A stretch of 64,000 bases of DNA from Candidatus Heimdallarchaeota archaeon (GCA_018238155.1 JABCTZ010000018.1:30885-94884); one strand, 5' to 3'. Numbered from the stretch's first letter, positions 40,733 through 52,535 are shown. Notes: a model not told the origin generated them from the letters alone. Numbers and translations: made by a program.

Positions 40733-42172
40733 GTGCGGTTTAGCCTTTTGAAATTGCGAAATAAATTTGGTTACGGATTTGGTGATATGGGTGTATCCAT
40801 ATCCTATTTTGCTGTTGGTTTCTATTTCATGTATTTTTTAACTGACATTGTTATGATGGATCCATTTCTTGCAGGATTGGCTATTTTCATAGGAAAACTC
40901 TGGGACGGGATGAATGACCCAATAATGGGTATTATCAGTGATCGAACACGATCTCGTTTTGGCAAGAAAAGAGTGTACATTCTATTTGGAGCAATTCCCT
41001 TTGGCATCAGTTTTATTTTGTTATGGTTAATCCCACAATCAGCCGGTCAATGGCTTCAATTTGCATTAGCTATTCTTGCTTTATTGGTATATGCAACTAC
41101 GTACTCGATTTGTGTCGTTCCATATATGTCACTTGTTCCAATAATGTCTGAAGATTATGACGAAAGAACTCAAATAACAGGTATTAGGGCTATTCTTTCT
41201 ACTATTGGAACCATTATTGGTGGAACTGTAGCATTAATCCTTTCCAGTTTTCAGAATGAGTTACTGGGACTTCGCTTAATGGCAATAGGCTTTGGCACTT
41301 TTACAGCTATTTCACTTATTGTAGCTGCATTAAGTACCAGAGGAGTCGAAAGTTTATTTGAAAGTAAATCACTCGGTATTTTTTCTGAAATTACTGATGA
41401 ATACTTAGAGGATGGGAAAGAAAAAACTGATAATGAAGAAAAACAACAGAATCATAGAATAGCTGATTATTCATTAAAACAGTATCTTGTCATTTTGAAA
41501 GAGAAAAACGTGCTCATCCTTTTGGGGATGAAATTCTTTGGTGCTATCGGTACTGGTTGTTTAATAGCTGCTTTGCCTTATTTTGCTGAACATGTTCTTG
41601 GTGATGCAAGTGTAAGCACCATTGGTTTGGCTATCTATATTGCAGTTTCAGCTTTGATGATACCTTTATGGAATTTGTTTTCCAAGAAATTTGATAAAAG
41701 ACGCTTATTGCTTATTGGAATTGTACTAATGGCTGTTGTACTCATTCCTACTGGATTTGCTATTGCTGAAGGTTCAATAATACCATTCTATATTTGCTGT
41801 GGTTTGTTAGGTATCTTCATGTCTTCTTATCTATTAATTCCATATTCGCTCGTACCTGATCTGGTAAACTACTACGAACATAAAACGGGTGAGCGACATG
41901 AATCCATCTTCTTTGGATTTTGGATGACTTTCCATCAACTAGGTTTAGCTGTTTCAGGGCTAATTTTAGGCGGTATTTTAAAGGTATTCAACTATGATGC
42001 AGAACTTACAACACAACCAGAGACAGCAATACTTGGTATTAGACTTTCATTTGGTCTTCTACCCAGCATTTTTCTTATCGTTGCAATTGTAATACTACAA
42101 TTTTATGGCATTTCAAAGTCAGTGTTTCAACAACTAAATTCAAATGAAGAATTTGAAAAAGTAGACTATTAA
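40733..42172 (+). CDS. MFS transporter, GPH/MelB (MFSD2-like) cation symporter family
   Basis: YG.GD.G, WD..NDP.MG..SDRTRSRFG..R, PY.SL....S.DYDERT, G.RHE..FFG; 12 TM. Confidence 0.9.
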   Translation: MRFSLLKLRNKFGYGFGDMGVSISYFAVGFYFMYFLTDIVMMDPFLAGLAIFIGKLWDGMNDPIMGIISDRTRSRFGKKRVYILFGAIPFGISFILLWLIPQSAGQWLQFALAILALLVYATTYSICVVPYMSLVPIMSEDYDERTQITGIRAILSTIGTIIGGTVALILSSFQNELLGLRLMAIGFGTFTAISLIVAALSTRGVESLFESKSLGIFSEITDEYLEDGKEKTDNEEKQQNHRIADYSLKQYLVILKEKNVLILLGMKFFGAIGTGCLIAALPYFAEHVLGDASVSTIGLAIYIAVSALMIPLWNLFSKKFDKRRLLLIGIVLMAVVLIPTGFAIAEGSIIPFYICCGLLGIFMSSYLLIPYSLVPDLVNYYEHKTGERHESIFFGFWMTFHQLGLAVSGLILGGILKVFNYDAELTTQPETAILGIRLSFGLLPSIFLIVAIVILQFYGISKSVFQQLNSNEEFEKVDY

Positions 42173-42182
42173 TAGAAAATGT

Positions 42183-43505
42183 GTGATGCCTAAAATGAAT
42201 ATCATTCAAAAATTGTTCAACATAAGAAAATTACAACAACAATTCTACAAATGGAATCGAGAGAAACTTGAATTACATCAAAAAAAGCAATTAAAGAAGA
42301 TAATTAATTTTTGCAGAAAAAACTCTGAATATTATGCTAATCTTTTTTCCGGTTCAGATGAAATCACACTTGAACAGATACCAATAATGACTAAAAGTGA
42401 AATGATGGATAATTTCGATCTAATCAATACTAGAAATTTGCAGAAAGAAGAATTGGTTGCATACACAGTTGCTCAAGAAAAGAAAGGTATCTATTCAAGA
42501 TTCCAAGGAGAATATTCCATAGGACTTTCATCAGGCACTTCAGGGAATAAAGCTCTCACAGTTCTTTCTCAAAATGAGAGTGAATTGTATAATTGTTTAT
42601 TATTCTCTAGAAATGGTATTCCAAAATCTGTTAAGAAAAGACGAATTCTGTTTGCTCTTCGGAGAAACAATCCTACTTTTAAGGAAATAAGCAATTTTGG
42701 CATTCATTTGATTTATATTGATTATACATTATCAGTTGAAGAAATAATTAGACTCATCAACACCAAAAAATTGAACATCCTTTCAGGTCCTCCATCTTTA
42801 CTGGAAATTATTAGCAGTAAAAAAGATCAAATCGATCATCCCATTGAAGCAGTCATTTCTTACGCAGAGGTTCTATCAAAATCTACTCGAGAAAAATTGG
42901 AAGAGATTTTTGAAGTATCCATCATAGAAATTTATCAAGGAGCAGAGGGGTTCATTGCTTCAACATGTAGATGTGGTAGTTTACACCTAAATGAAGATGT
43001 TTTACTCATAGAAACTTTAGCTGTAGATGACAAAATAGGAAAAGCAAAAAATTTACTTATTACAGATCTTTACAGAACAACTCAACCAATTATTCGTTAT
43101 GAAATGAATGATATCATTGAATTACAAGAAACAAATTGCAAATGTGGTTCTTGTTTTAGAGTTATTGAAAAAATTCATGGACGCTCAGATGACATCTTCC
43201 ATCTAAAGAACAGGAAAGGGGAAATAAGCTATCTCTTTCCAGATTATGTGAGAAGGTCAATAAATCAAGCATCTCAAGAAATAGAAGAATATCAAGCAAT
43301 TCAGAAAGCAATAGATAGAATTGAAATTAGACTCGTTTTAAGAAATGAAGAGAATAGAGAAGATATAGAGAAGAATATCATTGAGAATCTTAATTTTTGG
43401 GCTAATAAATTAAACGCTGAACTGGGAGAAGTCGAATTCTCAAATGATAAACCTGAGAGAAATCCTAGGTCCAAGAAATTAATACGAGTTATTAGAAGGT
43501 TCTAA
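42183..43505 (+). CDS. Adenylate-forming enzyme, F390-synthetase-like/PaaK family
   Basis: P...K..MM.NFD..NT, SSGTSG, IYQ..EG, TDL.RTTQPIIRY..ND, GRSDD. Confidence 0.85.
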   Translation: MMPKMNIIQKLFNIRKLQQQFYKWNREKLELHQKKQLKKIINFCRKNSEYYANLFSGSDEITLEQIPIMTKSEMMDNFDLINTRNLQKEELVAYTVAQEKKGIYSRFQGEYSIGLSSGTSGNKALTVLSQNESELYNCLLFSRNGIPKSVKKRRILFALRRNNPTFKEISNFGIHLIYIDYTLSVEEIIRLINTKKLNILSGPPSLLEIISSKKDQIDHPIEAVISYAEVLSKSTREKLEEIFEVSIIEIYQGAEGFIASTCRCGSLHLNEDVLLIETLAVDDKIGKAKNLLITDLYRTTQPIIRYEMNDIIELQETNCKCGSCFRVIEKIHGRSDDIFHLKNRKGEISYLFPDYVRRSINQASQEIEEYQAIQKAIDRIEIRLVLRNEENREDIEKNIIENLNFWANKLNAELGEVEFSNDKPERNPRSKKLIRVIRRF

Positions 43506-43506
43506 T

Positions 43507-44544
43507 ATGAAATTAATTGAAATAAATAATCTAGAAGATAATAATCTAAACCACTTTTTCAATCTACCACAAGAAATCTACAAAAATGATCCAATATGGT
43601 TTCCGGAGAATCCAGAAGAAATTAAGAAACAATTTACTTTTTCAACAGATAAAAATGAGATAAGAACTTGGCCATTAATCGTAATAAATGAAAACAATGA
43701 ACCTTTAGCTCGAGCAGTGGTAATTCTTCATCCGAAAGCAAAGGACAAGAATGGTAAAAAGATTGGTTGGATAAGCAATATTGAAGTTAAAGAAGGTGAA
43801 TATGATTCTCTAAAAATAATTCTAGATCATTGTGAGAATGTTTTTCGAAACGAAAACGTAAAAGAAATCCTTTTACCAAAACTAGACAATCAATATTTTG
43901 GATTATTGATTAAAGGGTTTGATAAACCACAGACTCTCTTAACAGCACATAACCCAGATTATTATTTCAATTATCTTAAGAAATATGGGTTTAAAGTTCA
44001 TCTAAATATCACTTCTGTAATTTACACTCGAGAGACTTATATTGAGAGGAGATTTGAAGTAGAAGGAGTGAAAATACGTACTTTTGATAGAGCAAATCTT
44101 AAGAAAGAAATTGCCATTTATCATTACATAACAAACGAGGTTTTTGGTAATAGATACAACTACATTCCGAGAACACTGGAAGAAAACACCGCTTATGTAA
44201 AGTCATTCTTACCTTTAATTGATGATGAATTGGTAATTATTGCAGAAACGGATAGTGGTGAACCAATTGGATTTTTGATTTGTGCACCAGATTATTATCA
44301 AAAAATAAGTGAAGGTAAAATAGACAGAGCAAGAATAATATCCATTGGGATACTGCAAAAAAACCATAAAAGGAACATTGCTTCTGCAATGATTAGTTTA
44401 TTGATGAGAAATCTGCTAAAAAAGAATTATCAATATGTAGAAGGTTCCATTATTATGAAGACAAACCTTCCACCGCAATTATTAGCAAAACGATTTGGTG
44501 GTAAACCAGGTAGGGAATTTGTTTTAATGAAGAAGAAACTTTGA
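43507..44544 (+). CDS. Double-GNAT N-acyltransferase, YghO / bacterial ceramide synthase-like family
   Basis: LP..IY.NDP.W.P, GLLI.GFD.P......HNP.YY...L...GF, P.T..E, P.ID..LV.IAE, PD.YQ, R.R....G. Confidence 0.72.
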   Translation: MKLIEINNLEDNNLNHFFNLPQEIYKNDPIWFPENPEEIKKQFTFSTDKNEIRTWPLIVINENNEPLARAVVILHPKAKDKNGKKIGWISNIEVKEGEYDSLKIILDHCENVFRNENVKEILLPKLDNQYFGLLIKGFDKPQTLLTAHNPDYYFNYLKKYGFKVHLNITSVIYTRETYIERRFEVEGVKIRTFDRANLKKEIAIYHYITNEVFGNRYNYIPRTLEENTAYVKSFLPLIDDELVIIAETDSGEPIGFLICAPDYYQKISEGKIDRARIISIGILQKNHKRNIASAMISLLMRNLLKKNYQYVEGSIIMKTNLPPQLLAKRFGGKPGREFVLMKKKL

Positions 44545-44750
44545 CTTTTGAAGCAACAAAAAAAAGCAATATTAGTTATTTGATCTTCTGGATTGAACAT
44601 ATCATTTCGTTGCTAGGTTCAGCAATCGTGGCATTTCCCATTAATTGATGGATAACAAATATTGAACAATACTGCCAAATGGTTGGGAGCATAAATACAT
44701 AGAAAATAAAAAAATAAAAAGAAGAAGAGAAAGGAGATTGAACTCCAATT

Positions 44751-47054
44751 CTATTTCAAATACTTTTGACGTTTTTCAACAGTTACTACAATGAAGAATA
44801 CAGTTGAAAAAACAACAAATAAGCTAACAAAACCGCCAATTAATGCACCAGATTTTGTTGGAGAGGTAGGAGAAGTTGTAGTAGGGGTTGGAGTGGGAGT
44901 AGGAGTGGGGATAGGAGGATGGTCATCAGGATCTGTTGGATCGGTATTTTGAGCTATTTCTTCACCATCGTTAAATCCATCTCCATCAGTATCTGCGTCA
45001 TTTGGATTAGTGATAAAACCATCAGCTCCAGCAACAACTTCTTCACCATCTAAGATTGTATCGTCATCGGAATCATCATCATTTGGATCAGTAGAATAGG
45101 TATTGATCTCTTCAAAATCTGTCAAGCCATCGCCATCTGCATCATAACCTGCTTTAAAAATCTCAAGACCATCTTGAGTATCAGCAACAAAGGCATGATC
45201 ACCTACAACAAATACGCCACGAGCATAACCACTGTTATCATAAATCTTTGCCGCTTCAACGGGATTACTAGAGTTACTAATATCTATGATCTCAAAATCT
45301 GCACTGCCAGTATAGGCAAAGTTCCCTAAAACAAAAACGCTCTGAACATTGCCACCAACAGTGTATTGACTAGCTTTTGTGATTAGCAAAGGATTACTGA
45401 TATCTAAAATCTCCAGACCACCAGCATCATCCGCAATGTAAGCAAAGTTACCTGAAACAACAACACCAAAACTCCGCCCCCCATCATCGAATTGACCTAT
45501 TTCTGTTGGGGTCGTAAGGTTACTTATATCTATTATTTCTAGACCATCTGAGCCATCTGCAACAAAAGCATTATTGCCCGAAAGAAATACATCATTAGCA
45601 CTACCTCCGTCAAAAACTTGACCCACTTCTGTGGGTGCCGCAGGATTACTGATATCTATAATCTCAAGACCATTACTACCGTCTGCAACAAAGGCATAAT
45701 TTCCTGAAACAAGCACGCTATATGCATATCCTCCATCAGCGTGTTGACCCACCTCAACAGGATTACTAGGGATGCTAATATCTATTATCTCTAGACCATC
45801 AAAACCGTCTGCAACATAAGCATAATTTCCTGAAACAAACACACCACGAGAATAACCACCATCAGCGAACTGACCTACTTCAACTGGATTACTATAGTCA
45901 CTAATGTCTATAATCTCAAGACCTTCAACGCCATCGGCAATAAATGCATAGTCACCAGATACAACAACATCAATTGCATAACCACCATCATTGAATTGCC
46001 CCACCTCAGTAGGAGTGCTAGGGGCGCTGATATCTATAATCTCCAGACCATCGTCAGAATCCGCAACGTAGGCATAGATACCCGAAAGAAAAACACCATA
46101 AGCACTACCACCATCCTCAAATTGGCTAACTTCTGTGGGTAATGCAAAGTTGCTAATATTTAATATTTCTAATCCATCACCTTCATCAGCAACAAAAGCA
46201 AGGTCGTCGAAAACAACAACACTATGAGCAGAACCACCGTCATCGAATTCGCCCACTTCTGTGGGTGTCGTAAGGTTACTGATATTCAATATCTCCAGAC
46301 CATCAGCACCATCTGCAACAAAAGCAAATTCACCGGAAACAACAACATCATAAGCCCACCCTCCATCAACAAACTCGCCCACTTCAATAGGTAGCACAGG
46401 GTTACTAATATTTAATATCTCCAAACCTTCTATACCATCTGCAACAAAAGCAATATCACCTAAAATAAAAACACCATATGCATATCCTCCATCAGCGACC
46501 TCACCCACCTCTACAGGATTACTAGGGTCACTCACATCTATGATTTCCAAACCATCATCACAATCTGCAACATAAGCATAATTTCCTGAAACAAAAACAT
46601 CAAAAGCATTACCACCATCAGAAACTTGTCCCAATTCAACAGGACTATTAAGGTCACTGACATTTATGATTTCCAATCCATCTGTATCATCTGCAATATA
46701 TACCAGATCACCTGAAACGAATACTGCATTTGCATAACCACCATCAGCTACCCGTCCAACCTCAACAGGATTGGAAGGAGCACTAATATTAATTATCCTT
46801 AATCCTTGATCTCCAGCAGCTACAAAAGCATAGTTACCTGAGATAATTACATCTTGTATATTTCCAGAATCATCAAATTCTCCCAATTCTTCAAGAATAA
46901 ATTGTGGGGTAGCAGTAGGTTCGAGTATAGTAATAATAGCTTCTTCTCCACTTACCTGAGAATTACTAACAGGTAAAAGTAAAGAAAAAAACACCAACAA
47001 AATTAAACTTGATATTGTTATAAAATAGTTCTTTTTAGTTACTTTTGATATCAT
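44751..47054 (-). CDS. LVIVD-repeat surface protein (14 repeats) + 3 Asp-rich Ca-binding repeats + PT linker + TM
   Basis: 42-aa units [24 protein letters not shown]; D.DGDG..D.EE repeats. Confidence 0.9.
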   Translation of the reverse strand: MISKVTKKNYFITISSLILLVFFSLLLPVSNSQVSGEEAIITILEPTATPQFILEELGEFDDSGNIQDVIISGNYAFVAAGDQGLRIINISAPSNPVEVGRVADGGYANAVFVSGDLVYIADDTDGLEIINVSDLNSPVELGQVSDGGNAFDVFVSGNYAYVADCDDGLEIIDVSDPSNPVEVGEVADGGYAYGVFILGDIAFVADGIEGLEILNISNPVLPIEVGEFVDGGWAYDVVVSGEFAFVADGADGLEILNISNLTTPTEVGEFDDGGSAHSVVVFDDLAFVADEGDGLEILNISNFALPTEVSQFEDGGSAYGVFLSGIYAYVADSDDGLEIIDISAPSTPTEVGQFNDGGYAIDVVVSGDYAFIADGVEGLEIIDISDYSNPVEVGQFADGGYSRGVFVSGNYAYVADGFDGLEIIDISIPSNPVEVGQHADGGYAYSVLVSGNYAFVADGSNGLEIIDISNPAAPTEVGQVFDGGSANDVFLSGNNAFVADGSDGLEIIDISNLTTPTEIGQFDDGGRSFGVVVSGNFAYIADDAGGLEILDISNPLLITKASQYTVGGNVQSVFVLGNFAYTGSADFEIIDISNSSNPVEAAKIYDNSGYARGVFVVGDHAFVADTQDGLEIFKAGYDADGDGLTDFEEINTYSTDPNDDDSDDDTILDGEEVVAGADGFITNPNDADTDGDGFNDGEEIAQNTDPTDPDDHPPIPTPTPTPTPTTTSPTSPTKSGALIGGFVSLFVVFSTVFFIVVTVEKRQKYLK

Positions 47055-47456
47055 TTACATAAACCTTCTTTTTGTCTTTTCGATTGACTAAATCTTCCCA
47101 AGATATTAGTACGGTTATATTTTAGAGTATAGTTTTTGTTATTCGAATAGCAAATCAATTTGCATTTAATTTAATTGCTTGCTACTAATCAAACAAATAA
47201 TACTCAAATATTAAGTATAGTCTTTTAGTATAAGCATCTTTCTCTCTGTGTTTTTCTATCCCATTCAAAAGGGAGTGATTATTTTTCAAAACAAAGTATA
47301 GAAAGGTTTTTCTTATTGTCAAAATTATAAAAAAACAAGATATTTTCTAGTATACTTTTTAACAAGTATTAAATACAACAATACTTCCAAATGCTTGAGA
47401 GCATGAATACAGAGAAAATAGAAATTTAAAAAAAGAGAAAGGAGATAGTAAGAAAA

Positions 47457-47840
47457 TTACTTCTTACCTACTAACTCTATTAATTTTTCAAGAAACTCTA
47501 TTGTTGTAGTGCTAATTGAATTCTTTGGTTGGTCCAAGTCTATTAAAGAAATTATACGACCAACACCTTCCTGAAGTACATCTGGTAATTTAGTTTCACT
47601 GATCTTTATTGGTTTGTCCGTTTGGGAAATAGCAAATGAAATAACACAATCTTGTGATGTTTGTTTAATTATTTTAGATAATTCAATTGTATGTGCATCA
47701 GTGCTTTCTGATGTTGAAAAGTTTCCGAAATGCAATATGCCAGCTAAATCTTTTGATAGATATCTTTGAAGATTTGGTGAATATTAGGAACATAAAGAAG
47801 AGTTTAGCTTATGATAATAGAAACCTCGAATACTCTTACA
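47457..47840 (-). pseudogene. Decayed gene fragment
   Basis: 3' ORF without a plausible start; upstream coding-like sequence is interrupted by stops. Confidence 0.3.
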
Positions 47841-47942
47841 TCCTCTTTATTTTGAGGAAAAAGAATTAGTCCTTAAAAATAAAAATTAAAAATTATTGAA
47901 TATCCGGAAAAGAGGATCTCGTTATCGCTAAAAAAAAAGGGG

Positions 47943-47962
47943 TTGGTATAAAATTATACCAA
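47943..47962 (-). terminator. Inverted repeat plus T-tract downstream of the LVIVD gene
   Basis: TTGGTATAA-AA-TTATACCAA, followed on the minus strand by a T run. Confidence 0.55.
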
Positions 47963-47972
47963 AAAAAAGTGA

Positions 47973-50525
47973 TTAAGTTGCTTTCTTACGGAATAAAGCA
48001 ACTAAGGAAATTACCAAAATAACACTTGAAACTGAAAGACTTACTATTGCAAGAGCTAGAGTAATTTTGGAAATATTAGGAATAGTGGTATTTGTTGGTG
48101 AAGGTGTAGGGGTTGTTTCGCTTTCAGGAAAATCAGTGTCATCATTGGGATCAGTGCTATTAGCTATTTCCTCAAAATCAGATACTCCATCGCCATCACT
48201 ATCAGCGTTTGTAGGATCTGTGGAATGTATATTTAATTCAGCGTAATCAGATAATCCGTCTGAATCAGTATCAGCATCATTCGGATCTGTTCCTTCAACT
48301 ATCTCTTCTGAATCAGAAAGACCATCGTCATCAGAGTCGGTATCTGTAGGATCACTAAGGTGAGTGTTAACTTCATCTCCATCTGAGAGACCGTCTGCAT
48401 CTGTATCATTGTTATTAGGATCAGTATTATGTGTTATTACTTCATCATCTGGTAAACCATCTGAATCTGTATCAGCTACTGTTGGATTAGTGAAATAAAC
48501 AAATAACTCATCATAATCACTTAAATTATCCGAGTCTGTGTCTTCATTTGAAGGGTCAGTATAATATTGATGACTTTCCGCAAAATCAGTTAAACTATCA
48601 CCATCTGTATCAAGTCCAACTTTTGAAATTACAAGACCTAATGCAGAATCAACTAAATAAGCATATTCTCCTTGGACAGAACAACCAATTGCAGCATTAA
48701 AATCATCTAAAGTACCATATTCTACCGGTGTACTCAAATCACTAGTATTTATGACTTCAAAACCATTACTACCTTCTGACACTAGGGCAAAGTCACCTGA
48801 GAGTGCTATACCTGTAGCATATTGACCATCATCAAATTCTCCGACCTCAAGAGGTGAAGAAGGAGTACTTACTTTGATAATTTCTAAACCATCATCGTAG
48901 TCTGCAACATAAACATAATTGTTCTCAACAACAAGAGCTCTAGCAGAACCTCCATCAGCAAGACCACCAACTTCTACGGGAGTAGTAGGGTCGCTAATGT
49001 CGATTATTTCCAACCCATCTGAGCCATCGGCAATGTAGGCATAATCACCTACAATTACAATATCATATGCTTGCCCACCATCAACAAGCTGTGCTACTTG
49101 TACAGGTGTGGTTGGATCAGAAATATCAATAATTTCGAGTCCTGAAGAGTATTCAACAACAAATGCATATGTACCTTTAACAGCTACACTATAGGCATTT
49201 CCTCCATCATCGAATTGTCCAACTTCAATTGGATTGCTAGGATTGCTTACATCAATAATCTCAAGACCGTCTAACCCATCTGCAACAAAAGCATACCCAC
49301 CTGAGATACAAACATCTCGAGCGGTTTCACCATCATAGAGTTGAGACATGAAAACTGGTGCTGTAGGATCGCTTATATCAACTATCTCAAGACCACCTTT
49401 CCCACGAACTGTATAAGCATAATCGCCTGAGATTTCAACATCTCTAATATCTGCTCCATCATTAAATTGACCGACTTCTGAAAGAGAACCATGATTACTA
49501 ATGTCAATAATTTCTAAACCTTCACTACTATCAATAACAAAGGCGTAATTTCCATCTAGAAACAAATTTAGGTTGTATCCACCATCATCAATTTGGCCAG
49601 CTTGAGTAAGAGATCCGAAAATGCTACAATCAATTATTTCTAATCCATCATCAGCATCTGCCACATAAGCGTAGTCATCTCTAACTACAACATTTCGTGC
49701 ATGCGCTCCATCGAAATATTGCCCGACTTCTACAGGTGTAGAAGAATCACTGATGTCTATGATTTCTAAACCGTCACTGTAATCTGCAACATAAGCATAA
49801 TCTCCATCGATAAAAATCCCCCAAGCAGCTCCTCCATCATCCAACTCACCGAGTTGTGTTGGAGAAGTGGGATCAGATACATCGATTATTTCAAGTCCAT
49901 CAATATGATCTGCAACATATGCTACATCATCAATTACTACAACATCTTTTGCATATCCACCATCATAGAAATTACTGAGTTGTACAGGATTGCTTGGATC
50001 TGAAACATTGAAAATTTTAAGACCTGAAAATTCGGCTACAAATGCTAGATCATCAACAACAAAAATGCCACTTGATAAAACTTGCTCTGTTTCCGGTTGG
50101 GCAATTTGGATAGGCAATACTGGATTACTGATATCAACAATTTTCAGTCCTTCACCAAAGTCTGATAAATATGCATAATCCCCTAAAATAAAAATATCTG
50201 AAATTGAACTACCTATACAGCATTGCCCAATTTGAACGGGATTAGGGAGATAACTAATATCGAGTATTCTTATTCCTTGATCTCCGGAGGCAACATAGGC
50301 ATAGTTTCCTTCTACCCATACTGCATTTGGATCTCCAGAACTATCAAACTGTCCAATCTCTTCGTAATAGAATTGTGGAGCAGCAGTAATTCCATAAGAA
50401 GGGCAAGAACCTTCATTCACTTTTGCTTGTGATGTGGCAAAAGGTAATATCAAAATAACGAACAACAAAGATAGTAATTGTAATAGTATTTTGTTGTTGC
50501 TCAAATTTTTTGTAATAGCTGTCAT
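47973..50525 (-). CDS. LVIVD-repeat surface protein (14 repeats) + 7 Asp-rich Ca-binding repeats + TM
   Basis: Same architecture as the 44751 gene; tail ...ALFRKKAT. Confidence 0.9.
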   Translation of the reverse strand: MTAITKNLSNNKILLQLLSLLFVILILPFATSQAKVNEGSCPSYGITAAPQFYYEEIGQFDSSGDPNAVWVEGNYAYVASGDQGIRILDISYLPNPVQIGQCCIGSSISDIFILGDYAYLSDFGEGLKIVDISNPVLPIQIAQPETEQVLSSGIFVVDDLAFVAEFSGLKIFNVSDPSNPVQLSNFYDGGYAKDVVVIDDVAYVADHIDGLEIIDVSDPTSPTQLGELDDGGAAWGIFIDGDYAYVADYSDGLEIIDISDSSTPVEVGQYFDGAHARNVVVRDDYAYVADADDGLEIIDCSIFGSLTQAGQIDDGGYNLNLFLDGNYAFVIDSSEGLEIIDISNHGSLSEVGQFNDGADIRDVEISGDYAYTVRGKGGLEIVDISDPTAPVFMSQLYDGETARDVCISGGYAFVADGLDGLEIIDVSNPSNPIEVGQFDDGGNAYSVAVKGTYAFVVEYSSGLEIIDISDPTTPVQVAQLVDGGQAYDIVIVGDYAYIADGSDGLEIIDISDPTTPVEVGGLADGGSARALVVENNYVYVADYDDGLEIIKVSTPSSPLEVGEFDDGQYATGIALSGDFALVSEGSNGFEVINTSDLSTPVEYGTLDDFNAAIGCSVQGEYAYLVDSALGLVISKVGLDTDGDSLTDFAESHQYYTDPSNEDTDSDNLSDYDELFVYFTNPTVADTDSDGLPDDEVITHNTDPNNNDTDADGLSDGDEVNTHLSDPTDTDSDDDGLSDSEEIVEGTDPNDADTDSDGLSDYAELNIHSTDPTNADSDGDGVSDFEEIANSTDPNDDTDFPESETTPTPSPTNTTIPNISKITLALAIVSLSVSSVILVISLVALFRKKAT

Positions 50526-50756
50526 AAAAATAACCTTCTCTAAATTCTGAGCAATAATTGATTGCTTGAAAATAATAACAAATTCTGAACTATCTTATTA
50601 GTTATAGGCAAAGCACTCATCTATTATTTCAACCAACCCAAATAACTCTAAACTAAAATTTATGTCTTATAAAATAAAAATCTTATTGTTTAGATATTTC
50701 TAAAGAAATTGTTAAGTAAATAGTATCAAGATAGCCTAGCAAAAATAACAAAAAAA

Positions 50757-50930
50757 TCAAAGGAAGAAGTGAATTTTCACTTCTATTCTCTTCTTTTGGA
50801 GGAGTATTGTAATTAATGCAGTTGATATAAAACCTATGAATCCTAGTACATTCACATTTATTATCAATGGATTTGTTACCAGACTTAGAATTAGTATTGC
50901 AGTTGTTTCCAAAGTAGAAGGTTTAGGTGC
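50757..50930 (-). pseudogene. Orphan surface-protein C-terminal anchor plus terminator remnant
   Basis: TNPL....LGFIGFISTALITILLQKKR, followed by the same AGAAGTGAATTTTCACTTCT hairpin as at 60005. Confidence 0.5.
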
Positions 50931-51047
50931 TAATCCTTTCTTTGTAATATTGTTTTCTTGTTTCAAAAAAATCTCAAATGAAAAAAAGTTTAGAAAAATG
51001 GATCTTTTAATCTATTCTTCTTTTAGATAGACGTTGGTGTATGTTTT

Positions 51048-52238
51048 TTATTCTATTCCTGTCCATCCATCTATGAAAATTTGTGTACGTTGGTCTTTCC
51101 ACCATTTCTTCTCTTCATCTGCAGACATCCTTCTTCGTACAGATGGGTCTAATTTTTCAGCAGAATACGATTCCGGATTTCTTTCTCTCAATGCGTCTTC
51201 TACTGGTTCCCAACCATTAGCTTGGTAGTAGTCCCGGTAAATTATCTTTAGCTTAGGTAGTTCAGTAATCCATGCCGGCCAATCAGAATACCCTCTTTGA
51301 CCTATTTTAGCACTTGTTAGGTCCAATTCTTCCAAGTTTTCAAGCTGTTTCATCGATTCTGGTAGTGTTTTCAATTCTTGTGCAAAGCTCATATTGAGTT
51401 TCTTTAGATTAACAAAATTACCGATTGACTCATCAAAAACTGTGTTATTTATAACACAACTTCCCAGGTTTAATTCTTCAAGATCGGTTAACAGAAAAAC
51501 TGGTTTGATATCTTTTGCAGAATAATTGAAAGTCTTTCGAAGACTCAGTTTTTTCAATGTGGGTATTTTTTGCAAAATCTCAGCATTAAGACTATAGCTA
51601 GCGTTTCTTAGAATTATAGATTCTACTTCGGATAATTGAGCAAAACTCTCTGGTAGAATGTTTAGATTTCCTTTATTTCGGTCAAATTTCTCGTATCGAA
51701 ACTCCTTCAATTTTGTTAGGTTTGAAATTGTTTCTGGCATATTTTCTCTAAGTTCTGCATTAAATAAGCGTATTTTTTCGACATGACCTTCTTTTATTAC
51801 AACATAACTTCCACGATCATCTCTAACGGTATAAATTGGTTCTTTAATTATATCTTCAACAGCTCGTAGGAATGATACTTCCCCTGTTTCTAGAGCTATT
51901 CCTCGGTGGGCACTATCTCCATCTGTTGCTCTTTCAGCTGTTCGCGCTTCATTTTGATCAGCCCACAGCTTCAGGTAAGTTTTAGGACTAAAATTACCTA
52001 GATATGAAGTCATTTCATCCGTTACTTTTCCTTGTCCATCTAGAACTTGGAAATTCCATGTACCACTTGACATCCATCCACTGCATGAAGGACATTTTTG
52101 TGATTTCCATGAGAACTGACAATTTCCACAAAGCAGAAAAGAAGTTCCACATTTCTTGCATGTTGCGGTTACATTTACAGTTGTACTGCTTTGAATCCCG
52201 CATCTTTGACATTTTTTAACCATAGCCATATAAATCAC
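51048..52238 (-). CDS. Leucine-rich-repeat protein with N-terminal 8-Cys zinc-binding domain
   Basis: CQRC, CKKC, CGNC, CPSC; LPES...L.NLE.LDL LRR units. Confidence 0.8.
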   Translation of the reverse strand: MIYMAMVKKCQRCGIQSSTTVNVTATCKKCGTSFLLCGNCQFSWKSQKCPSCSGWMSSGTWNFQVLDGQGKVTDEMTSYLGNFSPKTYLKLWADQNEARTAERATDGDSAHRGIALETGEVSFLRAVEDIIKEPIYTVRDDRGSYVVIKEGHVEKIRLFNAELRENMPETISNLTKLKEFRYEKFDRNKGNLNILPESFAQLSEVESIILRNASYSLNAEILQKIPTLKKLSLRKTFNYSAKDIKPVFLLTDLEELNLGSCVINNTVFDESIGNFVNLKKLNMSFAQELKTLPESMKQLENLEELDLTSAKIGQRGYSDWPAWITELPKLKIIYRDYYQANGWEPVEDALRERNPESYSAEKLDPSVRRRMSADEEKKWWKDQRTQIFIDGWTGIE

Positions 52239-52535
52239 ATATGATTTTGATTGATCGATTGATTGTTCTCTCTCATTTTCTCCACAATTTTTCCCCTGAA
52301 AAAGAACTTATTCCTATTTTTTACAGACTTTATTTTATTTAACTCTTTTTGTGCAATACCACAAAAAATTTTCAAGAGTTGGTTCACTTCTTGTTGGAAA
52401 ATTTTACTAATTTACTCCTCAATAATATCAAAAATTAGGATTCTATATCATTTTATATTGAACGAAATCTAAAGAGTATATATATTAATGAAATTGTGAA
52501 TTATCAAATATCTGTTGTTGAGAAAGGGTGAACAT

